Assembly (NCBI GenBank): GCA_016209735.1
Contig: JACQVN010000009.1
Span: 30,381-94,380, forward strand
Source of the DNA: Candidatus Methylomirabilota bacterium
GTDB taxonomy: Bacteria; Methylomirabilota; Methylomirabilia; Methylomirabilales; 2-02-FULL-66-22
Direction of reading: 5' to 3'
Length of the DNA: 64,000 nt
Shown here: one piece after another, positions 36,423-47,832 of the stretch
Layout: each line of letters begins with the position of its first letter
How positions within the stretch are numbered: position 1 is the first letter of the stretch
Position numbers and translations under genes: made by a program
The notes under the pieces: model-generated
Told to the model about the DNA's origin: nothing
Databases searched by the model: none
The model's input: the letters and a program-made list of their open reading frames with translations, nothing else

Positions 36423-37148
36423 ATGGAGATCATCCCGGCGATCGATGTCAGGGGTGGGCGGGTTGTTCGCCTCGTGCAGGGCGATCCCGCCCGGGAAACC
36501 CGCTACGGCGATGACGCGGCGGCCGCGGCTTGCGAGTGGGAGCGGCGCGGGGCCAGGCGGCTCCACGTGGTGGACCTGGACGGGGCCTTGGCCGGGGCGC
36601 CGGCGAATCGCCAGGCCGTGCGGGCCATCCTGGCGTCGGTGCAGATTCCCATCCAGGTCGGCGGCGGCCTGCGCAGTCTCGAGGCAGTACGGGATCTTCT
36701 GGGATCGGGCGTGACGACGGCTGTCCTGGGAACGGCGGCAATACGGGACCCCGCATTTCTGGCGGCGGCCTGCGCCGCCTTTCCGGGGCGGGTCGCCCTG
36801 GGGCTGGACGCCCGTGCCGGCATCGTGGCCGTGTCGGGCTGGGCCGAGACAACCTCCGTCCTGGCGGCCGACCTGGCGCGGCAGGCCAGCGGGCTTCCCC
36901 TGGCGGCCATCATCTATACCGACATCAGCCGCGACGGCATGCTCTCGGGGCCGGACCTGGACGGGCTCCGTGCCATCGCGGAGGCGGCCCGGCTCCCGGT
37001 CATCGCCTCCGGCGGAATCGCTTCCGCGGCAGACATTGCCGCGCTCCGCAGCCTGGTGCCCTTGGGGCTCCGCGGGGCTATCATCGGCAAGGCCCTGTAC
37101 GACGGCCGCCTGAGTCTGGAGGCGGCGCTGGCGGCGGGAGGGGGCTGA
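36423..37148 (+). CDS. hisA: 1-(5-phosphoribosyl)-5-[(5-phosphoribosylamino)methylideneamino]imidazole-4-carboxamide isomerase
   Basis: [31 protein letters not shown], and ASGGI. Confidence 0.9.
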   Translation: MEIIPAIDVRGGRVVRLVQGDPARETRYGDDAAAAACEWERRGARRLHVVDLDGALAGAPANRQAVRAILASVQIPIQVGGGLRSLEAVRDLLGSGVTTAVLGTAAIRDPAFLAAACAAFPGRVALGLDARAGIVAVSGWAETTSVLAADLARQASGLPLAAIIYTDISRDGMLSGPDLDGLRAIAEAARLPVIASGGIASAADIAALRSLVPLGLRGAIIGKALYDGRLSLEAALAAGGG

Positions 37149-37972
37149 TGCTGGCCAAGCGAATCATTCCGTGTCTGGATGTGAAGGATGGCCGGGTGGT
37201 GAAGGGTACTCGCTTCGTGAACCTGCGGGATGCGGGCGACCCGGTCGAGGTGGCGGCGCTCTACGATGCGCAGGGGGCCGACGAGCTGGTCTTCCTGGAC
37301 ATCACGGCCTCCCACGAGCGCCGCCGGATCATGATCGACGTAGTCGCGCGGACGGCCGACCAGGCTTTCATGCCCCTCACGGTGGGGGGCGGGATTCGCT
37401 CCCTGGAGGACATCCGGGATCTCCTGAAGGCCGGCGCCGACAAGGTGTCGCTGAACACGGCGGCGGTGGAGCAGCGGGAGCTGATCCGACGGGCCGCCGA
37501 GCGGTTCGGCAGCCAGTGCATCGTTCTGGCCATCGACGCCAAGCGGCGCGGAGAGCCGAGAGCCGAGCGCCGAGCGCCGAGCGCCGGGGAGGAGTCTCGG
37601 CGCCCGGTGCCCGGTGCCCGGTGCTCGTGGGAGGTGTTCGTTCACGGGGGGCGGACGCCCACGGGAAAGGATGCCGTGGCCTGGGCCGTGGAAGGGGAGC
37701 GGTTCGGCGCGGGGGAGATCCTCCTGACCAGCATGGATCGGGACGGGACCAAGAGCGGATACGACCTGGATCTCACCCGTGCCATTGCCGAGGCCGTGGG
37801 CATTCCCGTGATCGCCTCGGGCGGGGCGGGGACGCTGGCCCACCTCTACGACGGCCTGACGGCAGGCAAGGCGGACGCGGCGCTGGCGGCATCTATGTTC
37901 CACTATCGCGAGGTCACGGTCGCGGAGGTGAAGCGGTATCTGGCAGAACGCGGCGTGCCGGTGAGGCTCTGA
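37148..37972 (+). CDS. hisF: Imidazole glycerol phosphate synthase cyclase subunit, with a roughly 25-aa in-frame repeat insertion
   Basis: [54 protein letters not shown], and IASGGAG. ATGA-type overlap with hisA. Confidence 0.9.
   Translation: MLAKRIIPCLDVKDGRVVKGTRFVNLRDAGDPVEVAALYDAQGADELVFLDITASHERRRIMIDVVARTADQAFMPLTVGGGIRSLEDIRDLLKAGADKVSLNTAAVEQRELIRRAAERFGSQCIVLAIDAKRRGEPRAERRAPSAGEESRRPVPGARCSWEVFVHGGRTPTGKDAVAWAVEGERFGAGEILLTSMDRDGTKSGYDLDLTRAIAEAVGIPVIASGGAGTLAHLYDGLTAGKADAALAASMFHYREVTVAEVKRYLAERGVPVRL
37551..37627 (+). repeat. (GCCGAGM)4 plus (GCCCGGT)3 heptamers inside hisF
   Basis: gagagccgagagccgagcgccgagcgccgagcgccgg...cgcccggtgcccggtgcccggtgctcg. Encodes [24 protein letters not shown]. 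Confidence 0.85.
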
Positions 37973-37983
37973 CCACGGACGGC

Positions 37984-38089
37984 AGACCATGGACCATGGA
38001 CGATGGACCATGGACGGGGGACCGCGGACCATGGGACCCGCGGTTAATCCGATGTGCTCCTATGGTCCATCGTCCATGGTCCATGGTCG
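37984..38089. repeat. Long hairpin whose arms are (GGACCAT)n tandem repeats
   Basis: 37984-38013 (agaccatggaccatggacgatggaccatgg) matches the reverse complement of 38060-38089 at 28 of 30 positions. The loop is about 46 nt. It lies directly after the hisF stop. Confidence 0.85.
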
Positions 38090-38110
38090 CTTCTCGGAAG
38101 GAGGTCGCTC

Positions 38111-38593
38111 ATGGAATTCCAGGCGGTGAAGATCGAGACTCCGGAGGGGGCCAACGTCATCCTGGGGCACAGCCACTTCATCAAGACCGTCGAGGACCTT
38201 TACGAGATCCTTGTCACCACGCTGCCCGGGGGCAAGTTCGGCCTGGCTTTTTCCGAGGCCTCGAGTCCCTGTCTCATCCGATCTGCGGGAAACGACGAGA
38301 CCCTGCGCGAAGTCGCGGTGCGCAACACCCAAGCGGTTGCGGCAGGCCACTTCTTCGCGGTGGTTCTCAAGCAGGCCTTCCCCATCAACGTGCTGAACGC
38401 TCTCAAACAGTGTCAGGAGGTCTGCAGTATCTTCTGTGCATCGGCCAATCCGGTGGAGGTCATCGTGGCGGTCACGTCCCAGGGACGGGGGGTCATGGGG
38501 GTGGTGGACGGCTTCCCGCCGAAGGGGGCAGAGTCCCCCGCGGATGTCGCGGCTCGGAAGGAGTTCTTGCGGAAGATCGGATACAAGATGTAA
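38111..38593 (+). CDS. Adenosine-specific kinase family protein (PF04008-like)
   Basis: GHSHFIKTVEDLYE, FGLAFSEAS.P.LIR..GND, AFPINVLNALK, NPVEVIV...QGRGVMGVVDG, and FLRKIGYKM match the archaeal/bacterial PF04008 pattern as I recall it. Confidence 0.7.
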   Translation: MEFQAVKIETPEGANVILGHSHFIKTVEDLYEILVTTLPGGKFGLAFSEASSPCLIRSAGNDETLREVAVRNTQAVAAGHFFAVVLKQAFPINVLNALKQCQEVCSIFCASANPVEVIVAVTSQGRGVMGVVDGFPPKGAESPADVAARKEFLRKIGYKM

Positions 38594-38595
38594 GA

Positions 38596-38688
38596 GCAAT
38601 GCAAAATGAAAAATGCAAAATGAAAAACCGGTCAATGCTGCTGGCCATTGCTCGGTTTGCAATTTTTCATTGTCCGTTTTGCATTGAT
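38596..38688. repeat. AAATGCAAAA-type AT-rich hairpin directly after the stop codon
   Basis: gcaatgcaaaatgaaaaatgcaaaatgaaaaaccgg ... ggtttgcaatttttcattgtccgttttgcattg. Confidence 0.8.
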
Positions 38689-38708
38689 TGTCTTGCCCAG
38701 AGGGGCAG

Positions 38709-39440
38709 ATGGAGAGCGCTGTGAGCGTACAACTGTCGGAGGTGCTCAAGTATGACGCGAATGGGCTCATCCCGGCCATTGCCCAGGATGCGGAGAATGG
38801 GGACGTCTTGATGCATGCCTACATGAACGCCGAAGCGGTCGCGCGCACGCTGGAGACCGGCCTGGCGCATTACTACAGCCGGTCCCGCGGCCGCATCTGG
38901 CGCAAGGGGGAGGAGTCAGGCCACGTGCAGCGCATCCGGGAAATCCGCTACGACTGCGATGCGGACACGCTCCTCCTCCGCGTGGACCAGGAGGTCGCCG
39001 CCTGCCACACCGGAAACCGCTCGTGCTTCTACCGATCGCTCGGCTCGGAGAGGCGCGACGGGACCGGGCCGGCGGACCGGCGTTTCGATCCCGCGGAGGT
39101 CTATCGCGGCCTCGGCATCCTGGCGAGCCTCTTCGCCGTCATCGAGGAGCGCCGCCGGGAGCGGCCGGCCGGATCCTACGTGGCCTCGCTCTTCGCCAAA
39201 GGCGGGGATCAGGTCATGAAAAAGGTGGCGGAAGAAGCCGCCGAGGTGCTGCTGGCGGCAAAAGGCGGGGATCGGACGCAGGTGGTTTACGAGATGGCAG
39301 ACCTCTGGTTTCACTGCCTGGTCCTCCTGGCGCAACACGGCATTCGCCCGGAGGAGATTGCCGGCGAGCTGGGCCACCGCTACGGAAAGCAGAAGGCGGA
39401 CTACGGAGGACCACCGCCTCGGGATGAGACCGGCCACTGA
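38709..39440 (+). CDS. hisIE: Bifunctional phosphoribosyl-AMP cyclohydrolase / phosphoribosyl-ATP pyrophosphatase
   Basis: GLIPAIAQD...G.VLM.AYMN, YYSRSR...W.KGE.SG, DCD.D.LL..V.....ACHTG..SCF, then the HisE part SY...L...G.D.V.KK..EEA.E. Confidence 0.9.
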   Translation: MESAVSVQLSEVLKYDANGLIPAIAQDAENGDVLMHAYMNAEAVARTLETGLAHYYSRSRGRIWRKGEESGHVQRIREIRYDCDADTLLLRVDQEVAACHTGNRSCFYRSLGSERRDGTGPADRRFDPAEVYRGLGILASLFAVIEERRRERPAGSYVASLFAKGGDQVMKKVAEEAAEVLLAAKGGDRTQVVYEMADLWFHCLVLLAQHGIRPEEIAGELGHRYGKQKADYGGPPPRDETGH

Positions 39441-39446
39441 GTTTGC

Positions 39447-39476
39447 TTGACAGAGGGTTACGGGCTGAAGTAATAT
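39447..39476 (+). promoter_or_regulatory. Sigma-70-like promoter of the rpsU operon (TTGACA-18 nt-TAATAT)
   Basis: The -35 is at 39447-39452 and the -10 at 39471-39476. Confidence 0.6.
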
Positions 39477-39560
39477 CAAAGCTTAATTTTCAGCTAATTA
39501 CCGCTCTCCCGGCGGCAGGGAGCGGGGGGACTCTTGCGGCGTAAAGGGGGTGTAGAGCTC

Positions 39561-39761
39561 ATGCCGAGCGTAACCATCAAGGAGGACGAATCCTTCGAGA
39601 GCGCGTTGCGCCGTTTCAAGAAGCAGTGTGAGAAGGCAGGCATCCTGTCCGAGCTGCGCAAGCGGGAGCACTACGAGAAGCCCAGCGTCCGGCGGAAGAA
39701 GAAGATGCTGGCGGCCCGGAAGAAGGCCATGAAGCGGCTGCGAATTCACTCGCGGGACTAG
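39561..39761 (+). CDS. rpsU: 30S ribosomal protein S21
   Basis: [48 protein letters not shown]. Confidence 0.9.
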   Translation: MPSVTIKEDESFESALRRFKKQCEKAGILSELRKREHYEKPSVRRKKKMLAARKKAMKRLRIHSRD

Positions 39762-39762
39762 G

Positions 39763-40215
39763 ATGGGCGACCTCAGGAGCCAACTGAACGACGACCTGAA
39801 GTCGGCGCTCCGCTCCGGGGACAAGCTCCGGCTGTCGGTAGTGCGGCTCCTCTCCGCCGTGATCAAGAACCGTGAGGTGGAGAAGCGTGGCCCGCTCAGC
39901 GATGCGGAGGTGCTCCAGGCCATCGTTGCCTCCTGCAAGCAGCGGCAGGAATCCATCGAGCAATTCCAGCAGGGAGGACGTGCGGATCTGGTCGAGAAGG
40001 AGAGCGCCGAGCTCAGCATCCTGCGATCCTACCTCCCGACGCCGCTCACGGGGGAGGAATTGCGGGCACTGATCGGGCAGACGATCCGGGACGTCCAGGC
40101 CGCCTCACCCAAGGACATGGGGAAGGTCATGGCGGCTCTCATGCCCAAGGTAACCGGACGGGCCGATGGCAAGGCGGTGAGCGCCTTGGTGCGGGAAATG
40201 CTGGCTGCGACCTGA
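39763..40215 (+). CDS. yqeY: GatB/YqeY domain protein
   Basis: L..DLK.A.R.GDK.RL.V.RLL.A.IKN.E, with LSILRSYLP and PKDMGKVM..L. Confidence 0.85.
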   Translation: MGDLRSQLNDDLKSALRSGDKLRLSVVRLLSAVIKNREVEKRGPLSDAEVLQAIVASCKQRQESIEQFQQGGRADLVEKESAELSILRSYLPTPLTGEELRALIGQTIRDVQAASPKDMGKVMAALMPKVTGRADGKAVSALVREMLAAT

Positions 40216-40399
40216 GTGGCGGTGAGGCAGGGGGGATGGCCGCCGGCAGCGACCGGGACCCATCGGGACGGCGGCGCGAGCAGTCGTGGCAAGGGACTCG
40301 ATGCACGGGTCCCTTGCTTTTTTCTTCTGGAACACCGCGCGGGGCAAGGCCCCCGACATTTCACCACGGAGGCACGGAGGCCACGGTGCGATGCTTTGG

Positions 40400-40446
40400 A
40401 AATTCCCCCTCCGCCCCCTTTGACAAAGGGGGGGACGGGGGGATTT
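40400..40446. repeat. AATTCCCCC...CCCCCTTTGACAAAGGGGG...GGGGGGATTT palindrome
   Basis: Same family as 36333-36380. Confidence 0.7.
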
Positions 40447-40521
40447 GGTGGACAGACTCCTTCGGAGAGGCGCACCACCATTGTCCAACGTGATGTGAAC
40501 GGTACTCGGGTTACGTAGCAC

Positions 40522-42945
40522 ATGGATGGGCATTCGTTAGGGGTGTTGGAGTTTCCGGCTGTCTTGGACCTCTTGGCGGCCGAGGCGGCCTCGGTCCTGG
40601 GGCGACAGCGTGCCGCCTCCCTCCGACCGACGAGCGTCGCGGAGGAGGTCGGTCGTCGGCTGGCCGAAACTCGCGAGTGCCGGAGCCTTCTCCGGCGCGG
40701 ACCTTTCGCCGGCCTGGAGCGGGCCGCCGACATCCGGCCGGCCTTGGCCCGGGCGGCCATCGCCGGGGCGCGGCTCGCCCCCGCGGATCTTCTGGCCATC
40801 GCCGACACGGTGGAGGCCGCCGTGACGCTCCGCCGGCAACTCCGTCAGGGAGACCTGCCGCTTCCGACGCTCCTGCGATACGCGGAGCGTCTGCGCCCGC
40901 CCGCCGAGGTGGGTGGGCGGATTCGCCAGTGCATCCTCCCGGACGGGACGGTGGCGGATGCGGCCAGCCCCACGCTTCTCCGGCTGCGCGGTCGGGCCCG
41001 GCAGCTCAGGGAGGGGGCGCGGGAGATCCTGCAGGGGCTTCTTTCGGCCCCGCGCCTCGCCGGGGTCATCGCGGAGCCCGTGATCACCTTGCGGAACGAC
41101 CGCTACGTCATCCCGGTGACGCCCGCCTACCATGGGCTCCTGCCGGGGGTGGTGCAGGATCAGTCGGGCAGCGGGCAGACTCTCTTCCTGGAGCCGATGG
41201 CGGTCGTGGAGGCGAACAACCTCATCCGGCGAGTGGAGCGGGAGGCCGAGGCGGAGGTGGATCGGCTCTTGGCCGAGCTGACGGAGCTGGTGCGGTCCCA
41301 CGGGGAGGCCGTGGCAGAAACGGTAGAAGCCGTGGCCGACCTCGATCTGGCCCAGGCCAAGGCGCGACTGGCCGAGCGCTGGGACGCGGCGGAGCCGACG
41401 GTGGCTCCCGGCGCCCGGCTGCAACTCTTCCGGATCCGCCACCCGCTCTTGCTGGAGGCCCGGCGGGCCAAGGGAGCGCTGGCAGAGCCGGTCGTTCCCA
41501 TCGATGTGGTGTTGCCGCCGGATGTGCGGGTCCTGGTGATCACCGGGCCGAATACGGGGGGCAAGACCGTGACCCTCAAGACCGTGGGGCTGACCGCCCT
41601 CATGGCCCAGGCAGGGATGCACCTTCCGGCTTCTGCCGATTCCGTCCTCCCGCTCGTCTCGGCGGTGTACGCCGATATCGGCGACGAGCAGAGCATTGCC
41701 CAGGACCTCAGCACCTTCTCGGCGCACGTCCTGCGGCTTAAGAGCGTGCTCGCGCAGTCGGATGCCACCAGCCTGGTGTTGATGGACGAACTGGGGGCGG
41801 GCACGGATCCCGGGGAGGGCGCGGCCCTGGGGGCCGCGGTGCTGGAGGAATTGGCCGAACAGGGATGCCATGTGCTGGCCACCACCCACCTGGACGGCCT
41901 CAAGCTTTTCGTGACCCAGGACCCCCGCATGGTCAATGGGGCGGTGGAATTCGATCTTGACAGGTTCCAACCAGGGTATAAATTACATATAGGGATCCCG
42001 GGTCGCAGTTTTGCCTTGGACATCGCCTCCCGCCTCGGCATTTCTCCCACGACCATCGCGCGCGCCCGACAACTGGTGGGAGAAACCTCTGCGGGGATCG
42101 CCGCGCTCTTGGATCGCCTGCACGTCTTGGAGCGAGAGCGATCGGCAGATGCCGAGGCGGCGGCGCGGGAACGGGAGGCCTCGCAGGCGTCCCGATTGGC
42201 GGTGGAGGCACTGCTGGCCGACCTGCGGGACCAGCGGGATAGTCTCAAGACCCGGGCGGAGCGGCTGGTGGCGCAAATCGCCGCGGAGGCCAGGCGGCGG
42301 GCGGAGGCGGCCGTGGCCGGGCTCAGGCAGGGGCAGCCCATCCAAGCGGCTCGCCAAGCCATTGCGGACATTCGTGGGGTGGCGGAAGAAATCCTCGCCG
42401 ATCTCCCCGAACTGTCCGAGGCGCCGGAAAAGGGGGGGAGCCTCGACGCCGTGGTGTCTGGGCAGCGGGTTTGGGTCCGCCACCTCAACCAAGCGGGGAC
42501 CGTGCTCACGCCGCCCGGTCCGCAGGGCCTGGTCGAAGTCCAATTGGGCGTGGGGCGAACCCGCGTGCCCCTGGAGAAGCTCGCCTCTGCTTCTCCGTCC
42601 CCTGTCAAGCGCGAGACGGTGATCAGTTGGAGAGCGGGGGCGGGTGATGCCCTCCAGGCCGAGATCAATGTGATCGGTTGCACCGTCGAGGAGGCCTCGG
42701 GGCGCGTGGGCCGCTATCTCGAGGACGCGATGCTGGGGGGGCTCACGCGGGTACGGATCATTCACGGCAAGGGCACCGGGCGGCTGCGGCGCGGGCTGGC
42801 TGCATTCTTGCACACGCACCCCCTGGTAGCGAGTTTCCAGTTGGCCTCCTTCGAAGCAGGGGGTGCCGGGGCCACCGTCGTGGATTTGGGGAGCAAGCCG
42901 GCCCCGGCCGGGGAGGCCGCGACCGGCGAGGCGGGGGTCGCATGA
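40522..42945 (+). CDS. mutS2: Endonuclease MutS2 (MutS ATPase domain plus C-terminal Smr domain)
   Basis: Walker A ITGPNTGGKTV, DELGAGTDP.EGAAL, coiled-coil middle region, and the C-terminal Smr domain (IIHGKGTGRLR). Confidence 0.9.
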   Translation: MDGHSLGVLEFPAVLDLLAAEAASVLGRQRAASLRPTSVAEEVGRRLAETRECRSLLRRGPFAGLERAADIRPALARAAIAGARLAPADLLAIADTVEAAVTLRRQLRQGDLPLPTLLRYAERLRPPAEVGGRIRQCILPDGTVADAASPTLLRLRGRARQLREGAREILQGLLSAPRLAGVIAEPVITLRNDRYVIPVTPAYHGLLPGVVQDQSGSGQTLFLEPMAVVEANNLIRRVEREAEAEVDRLLAELTELVRSHGEAVAETVEAVADLDLAQAKARLAERWDAAEPTVAPGARLQLFRIRHPLLLEARRAKGALAEPVVPIDVVLPPDVRVLVITGPNTGGKTVTLKTVGLTALMAQAGMHLPASADSVLPLVSAVYADIGDEQSIAQDLSTFSAHVLRLKSVLAQSDATSLVLMDELGAGTDPGEGAALGAAVLEELAEQGCHVLATTHLDGLKLFVTQDPRMVNGAVEFDLDRFQPGYKLHIGIPGRSFALDIASRLGISPTTIARARQLVGETSAGIAALLDRLHVLERERSADAEAAAREREASQASRLAVEALLADLRDQRDSLKTRAERLVAQIAAEARRRAEAAVAGLRQGQPIQAARQAIADIRGVAEEILADLPELSEAPEKGGSLDAVVSGQRVWVRHLNQAGTVLTPPGPQGLVEVQLGVGRTRVPLEKLASASPSPVKRETVISWRAGAGDALQAEINVIGCTVEEASGRVGRYLEDAMLGGLTRVRIIHGKGTGRLRRGLAAFLHTHPLVASFQLASFEAGGAGATVVDLGSKPAPAGEAATGEAGVA

Positions 42946-44897
42946 TCCCGGAAGACGTGGTCGCCGAGATCCTCCAGCGCACCGATATCGTGGAGCTGAT
43001 CGGGAGCTACTTGCCCCTGCGGGCGGCCGGGAAGGCCCACAAGGCGCTCTGCCCATTCCACACCGAGAAGACGCCGTCCTTCGTCGTGAACCCGGAGCGG
43101 CAGATCTTCCATTGCTTCGGCTGTGGAGAGGGGGGGGACGCCATCGCCTTCCTGGTCAAGCACGAGCGATTCACCTTCCCCGATGCGGTACGTTTCCTGG
43201 CGGAGCGGGCCGGCGTGCCCCTCCGGCTCGAGCGGGGAGCGGCGGGACCGGACCGGGACGGCCGGCTCTTGCTCTTCGAGGTCCAGCGGGAAGCCGCCGC
43301 CCATTTCCGGGCGAACTTGCTGGGTTCCGAGGGCGCCGGGGCTCGCAACTATCTGGCCAACCGTGGCCTCACGCCGGAGGTGGCCGACCGGTTCCAGTTG
43401 GGCTATGCTCTGCCGCGCTGGGACGGGCTGCTTCGCGCCCTGCGCTCCCGGACCTACTCGGAGAAGGTTCTCGAGGCCGCCGGCCTGATCGTGCCCCGGC
43501 AGAACGGCTCCGGCCATTATGACCGGTTTCGACACCGGGTCATGATTCCCATCTGGGATGTGAGCGGGAAGGTGGTGGCCTTCGGGGGTCGGGCGCTGCC
43601 GCCTGCCGCCACCCTGTCGCCGGGCCAGCCTGGCGCGGGGCAGACCGGCGACCTGTCTGCGCCTGCCTGTCCCGCTCCGGAGCGGGACGCAGACAGGTGC
43701 AATGCACAGGCAGGCGGCAGACAGGAGGCGCGGGCAGGCCTGCCTGGCCGCGGGACGCAGGCAGGGGACGTCCAGGAGGTCAAGTACCTCAACTCCCCCG
43801 AGACGGCCATCTACCGGAAGGGGACGCACCTGTACGGCTTGAACCTGGCCGCCCGCGCCATCCGCGAGCGCAAGCAGGCGATCGTGGTGGAGGGCTACTT
43901 CGACGCCATCGCGCTGCATGCCGCGGGCGTCGAACAGGCCGTGGCAACCCTCGGCACCGCGCTGACGCCGGAGCAGGCGCGCCTCTTGGGCCGCTACACG
44001 GGGACGATCATCCTGCTCTTCGATCCCGACGCGCCGGGCATTGGCGCGGCCCGCCGGAACCTGGAGCAATTGATCAACGTCGAGTTGGACTGGCGGATTG
44101 TCCTCCTGCCGGACGGGCTCGACCCGGACGAATTCATCCGCAGAAACGGCGCGGAATCCTTCGCGGAGGCGCTAGGGCACGGGCAGGATCTGGTGGAGTT
44201 CTTCCTGGACCAACGCGTGTCCGGTTTGGATCTCAAAGATCCGGTCCAGCGGGCACGGGCCACCGACCGGTTGATCGAGGTCGTGGCCCTCATCGACAAC
44301 CCGATCCGCCGCCAGGGGTATCTCCAGCGCATTGCGCAGAAGACCGGCATGCCCGATCGGGTGCTGGGCGAGGCCGTGGGGCGGCAGCGAGGACGGGCCG
44401 GCCGCCAAGATGCGGCACTGCCCCCGGCTCCGCCGCCGGCCATGCCGCCGACGGCGGAGGAACAGTTGATCTTCATCGCGCTTAGTTATCCGGAGTGGCG
44501 AGCCCGGATCGCCGCGGCTCTCAAGCCGGAGGACGTGGAGGAGCCGATGCTGCGGCGGATCTTCACCGAGTATGTGCTGCAGCCTGCCACCGGAGCGGGG
44601 CCGCGCCCCACCAGCCTCCTGCCGCCGGAGGTGGAGCGTCGGCTGGCCTCGTTGTGGCTCCGCGACGCGCACCTGGGCGGAGAGGAGCCGCCCCAGGAGG
44701 CGGCGGAAACGACCGTTGCCCGCACCGTCGGGGACTGCATGGCCAAGATAGCCCAACGCTCGATCCGGGCTGCGCAACAGTCGCGCCAGCAAGCGCTGCA
44801 GGCGGCGGCCCGTGCTGGGGACAACGAGCGCGCGCTCGCCTTGCTACAAGAGCAACTTTCGGCTCGAAGCCGCGACAAGACCCAAGAGGGGGGATGA
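42942..44897 (+). CDS. dnaG: DNA primase DnaG, with a roughly 57-aa in-frame repeat insertion
   Basis: Zinc ribbon CPFH.EKTPSF.V......FHCFGCG..GD, DRFR.R.M.PI.D..G.V.AFGGR, then the insertion, then [14 protein letters not shown] and the TOPRIM motif VVEGY.D. Confidence 0.9.
   Translation: MIPEDVVAEILQRTDIVELIGSYLPLRAAGKAHKALCPFHTEKTPSFVVNPERQIFHCFGCGEGGDAIAFLVKHERFTFPDAVRFLAERAGVPLRLERGAAGPDRDGRLLLFEVQREAAAHFRANLLGSEGAGARNYLANRGLTPEVADRFQLGYALPRWDGLLRALRSRTYSEKVLEAAGLIVPRQNGSGHYDRFRHRVMIPIWDVSGKVVAFGGRALPPAATLSPGQPGAGQTGDLSAPACPAPERDADRCNAQAGGRQEARAGLPGRGTQAGDVQEVKYLNSPETAIYRKGTHLYGLNLAARAIRERKQAIVVEGYFDAIALHAAGVEQAVATLGTALTPEQARLLGRYTGTIILLFDPDAPGIGAARRNLEQLINVELDWRIVLLPDGLDPDEFIRRNGAESFAEALGHGQDLVEFFLDQRVSGLDLKDPVQRARATDRLIEVVALIDNPIRRQGYLQRIAQKTGMPDRVLGEAVGRQRGRAGRQDAALPPAPPPAMPPTAEEQLIFIALSYPEWRARIAAALKPEDVEEPMLRRIFTEYVLQPATGAGPRPTSLLPPEVERRLASLWLRDAHLGGEEPPQEAAETTVARTVGDCMAKIAQRSIRAAQQSRQQALQAAARAGDNERALALLQEQLSARSRDKTQEGG
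43598..43772 (+). repeat. CCTGCCTG/CAGGCAGG-type palindromic repeats inside dnaG
   Basis: gcgcctgcctgtcccgctccggagcgggacgcagacagg...cacaggcaggcggcagacagg...gggcaggcctgcctggccgcgggacgcaggcagg. Same family as 15020-15055, 28365-28400, 7484-7574 and 33573-33614. Confidence 0.8.
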
Positions 44898-44901
44898 CCA
44901 T

Positions 44902-46974
<2,073 letters not shown>

Positions 46975-46984
46975 CGGTACAATC

Positions 46985-47069
46985 ACCAAGGACCAAGGAC
47001 CAAGGACCAAGGACCAAGAACAGGGGCACCTTCGGGTCCGTCTCCATTGGGATTTGGTCATTGGTCATT
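46985..47069. repeat. (CAAGGAC)n and (TTGGTCA)n heptamers after the rpoD stop, forming an imperfect foldback
   Basis: caaggaccaaggaccaaggaccaaggaccaag ... gatttggtcattggtcattg. Confidence 0.7.
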
Positions 47070-47088
47070 GAGAATTCGCACAGCGATT

Positions 47089-47165
47089 GGGCCCATAGCT
47101 CAGTTGGTTAGAGCCACCGGCTCATAACCGGACGGTCGCAGGTTCGAGTCCTGCTGGGCCCACCA
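47089..47165 (+). tRNA. tRNA with CAT anticodon (elongator Met, or Ile2 if lysidine-modified), CCA encoded
   Basis: Hand-folded cloverleaf: acceptor GGGCCCA/TGGGCCC, D arm GCTC-AGTTGGTTA-GAGC, anticodon arm CCGG-CTCATAA-CCGG, T arm GCAGG-TTCGAGT-CCTGC, then A-CCA. Confidence 0.9.
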
Positions 47166-47179
47166 CCAAAATCCCCAAG

Positions 47180-47214
47180 AAAAGCCCGTCTGACGCCATG
47201 TTAGACGGGCTTTT
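47180..47214 (+). terminator. Rho-independent terminator just after the tRNA
   Basis: AAAAGCCCGTCT-gacgccatgtt-AGACGGGCTTTT. Confidence 0.8.
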
Positions 47215-47421
47215 GCATTCAGGAGAAGTGGGGTGCCGTTATGCGCGTTCTTGCACTTTCTTGCCGTTTTTCTGTAGCGAACCGGCACCTGTACCGGCAC
47301 TTGAGGCCATACCCCTGGGGAGTATACATGGGGGCACCTACCCCCCCGGCAAGGCCAGGGGGGCATAGGCAGGGACAGGTGGTCTTCGGTATCGAAAGGC
47401 TGAAACGCCTGGAGGTGTAAC

Positions 47422-47658
47422 GTGCGGCTATTCGGGCGGGTTGCCATCATGCGGTATCTCGGCTACAGCGGGACTTGCCATCACACCTGGGCGAGCATCC
47501 GCCAGCGGTTCTCCGGCGCGATCTACCGTGACGTGGACAATGGCCGGGTGTGGGCAGAGGGGGAACATCTAGATGCTTTGCGGTCTGCCGGCGATCCTGC
47601 GGCGGCCCTGCGGCGACTCCAGCGCCAAGTTGAGCGGTTCGAGACGCGGAGATCGTGA
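47422..47658 (+). CDS. Hypothetical small protein (island-borne)
   Basis: 78-aa ORF with a GTG start. No recognisable motif. Confidence 0.3.
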   Translation: MRLFGRVAIMRYLGYSGTCHHTWASIRQRFSGAIYRDVDNGRVWAEGEHLDALRSAGDPAAALRRLQRQVERFETRRS

Positions 47659-47832
47659 CGGGGACCTGTTTACGCCGTCTTGCGGACTATCGAAACGCCA
47701 CGGGCTTGCAAGCATCGCAGACAAAGTGTAGCGTGTGAAGCACTCCCCTGGCCTAGGGTAGCTCCCGAAAAGCCGCTTCCCGAGCGGCCTGGCCGGGGAA
47801 CCTCTCGGGGCTCTGCATCAGGGAGGAGCATC

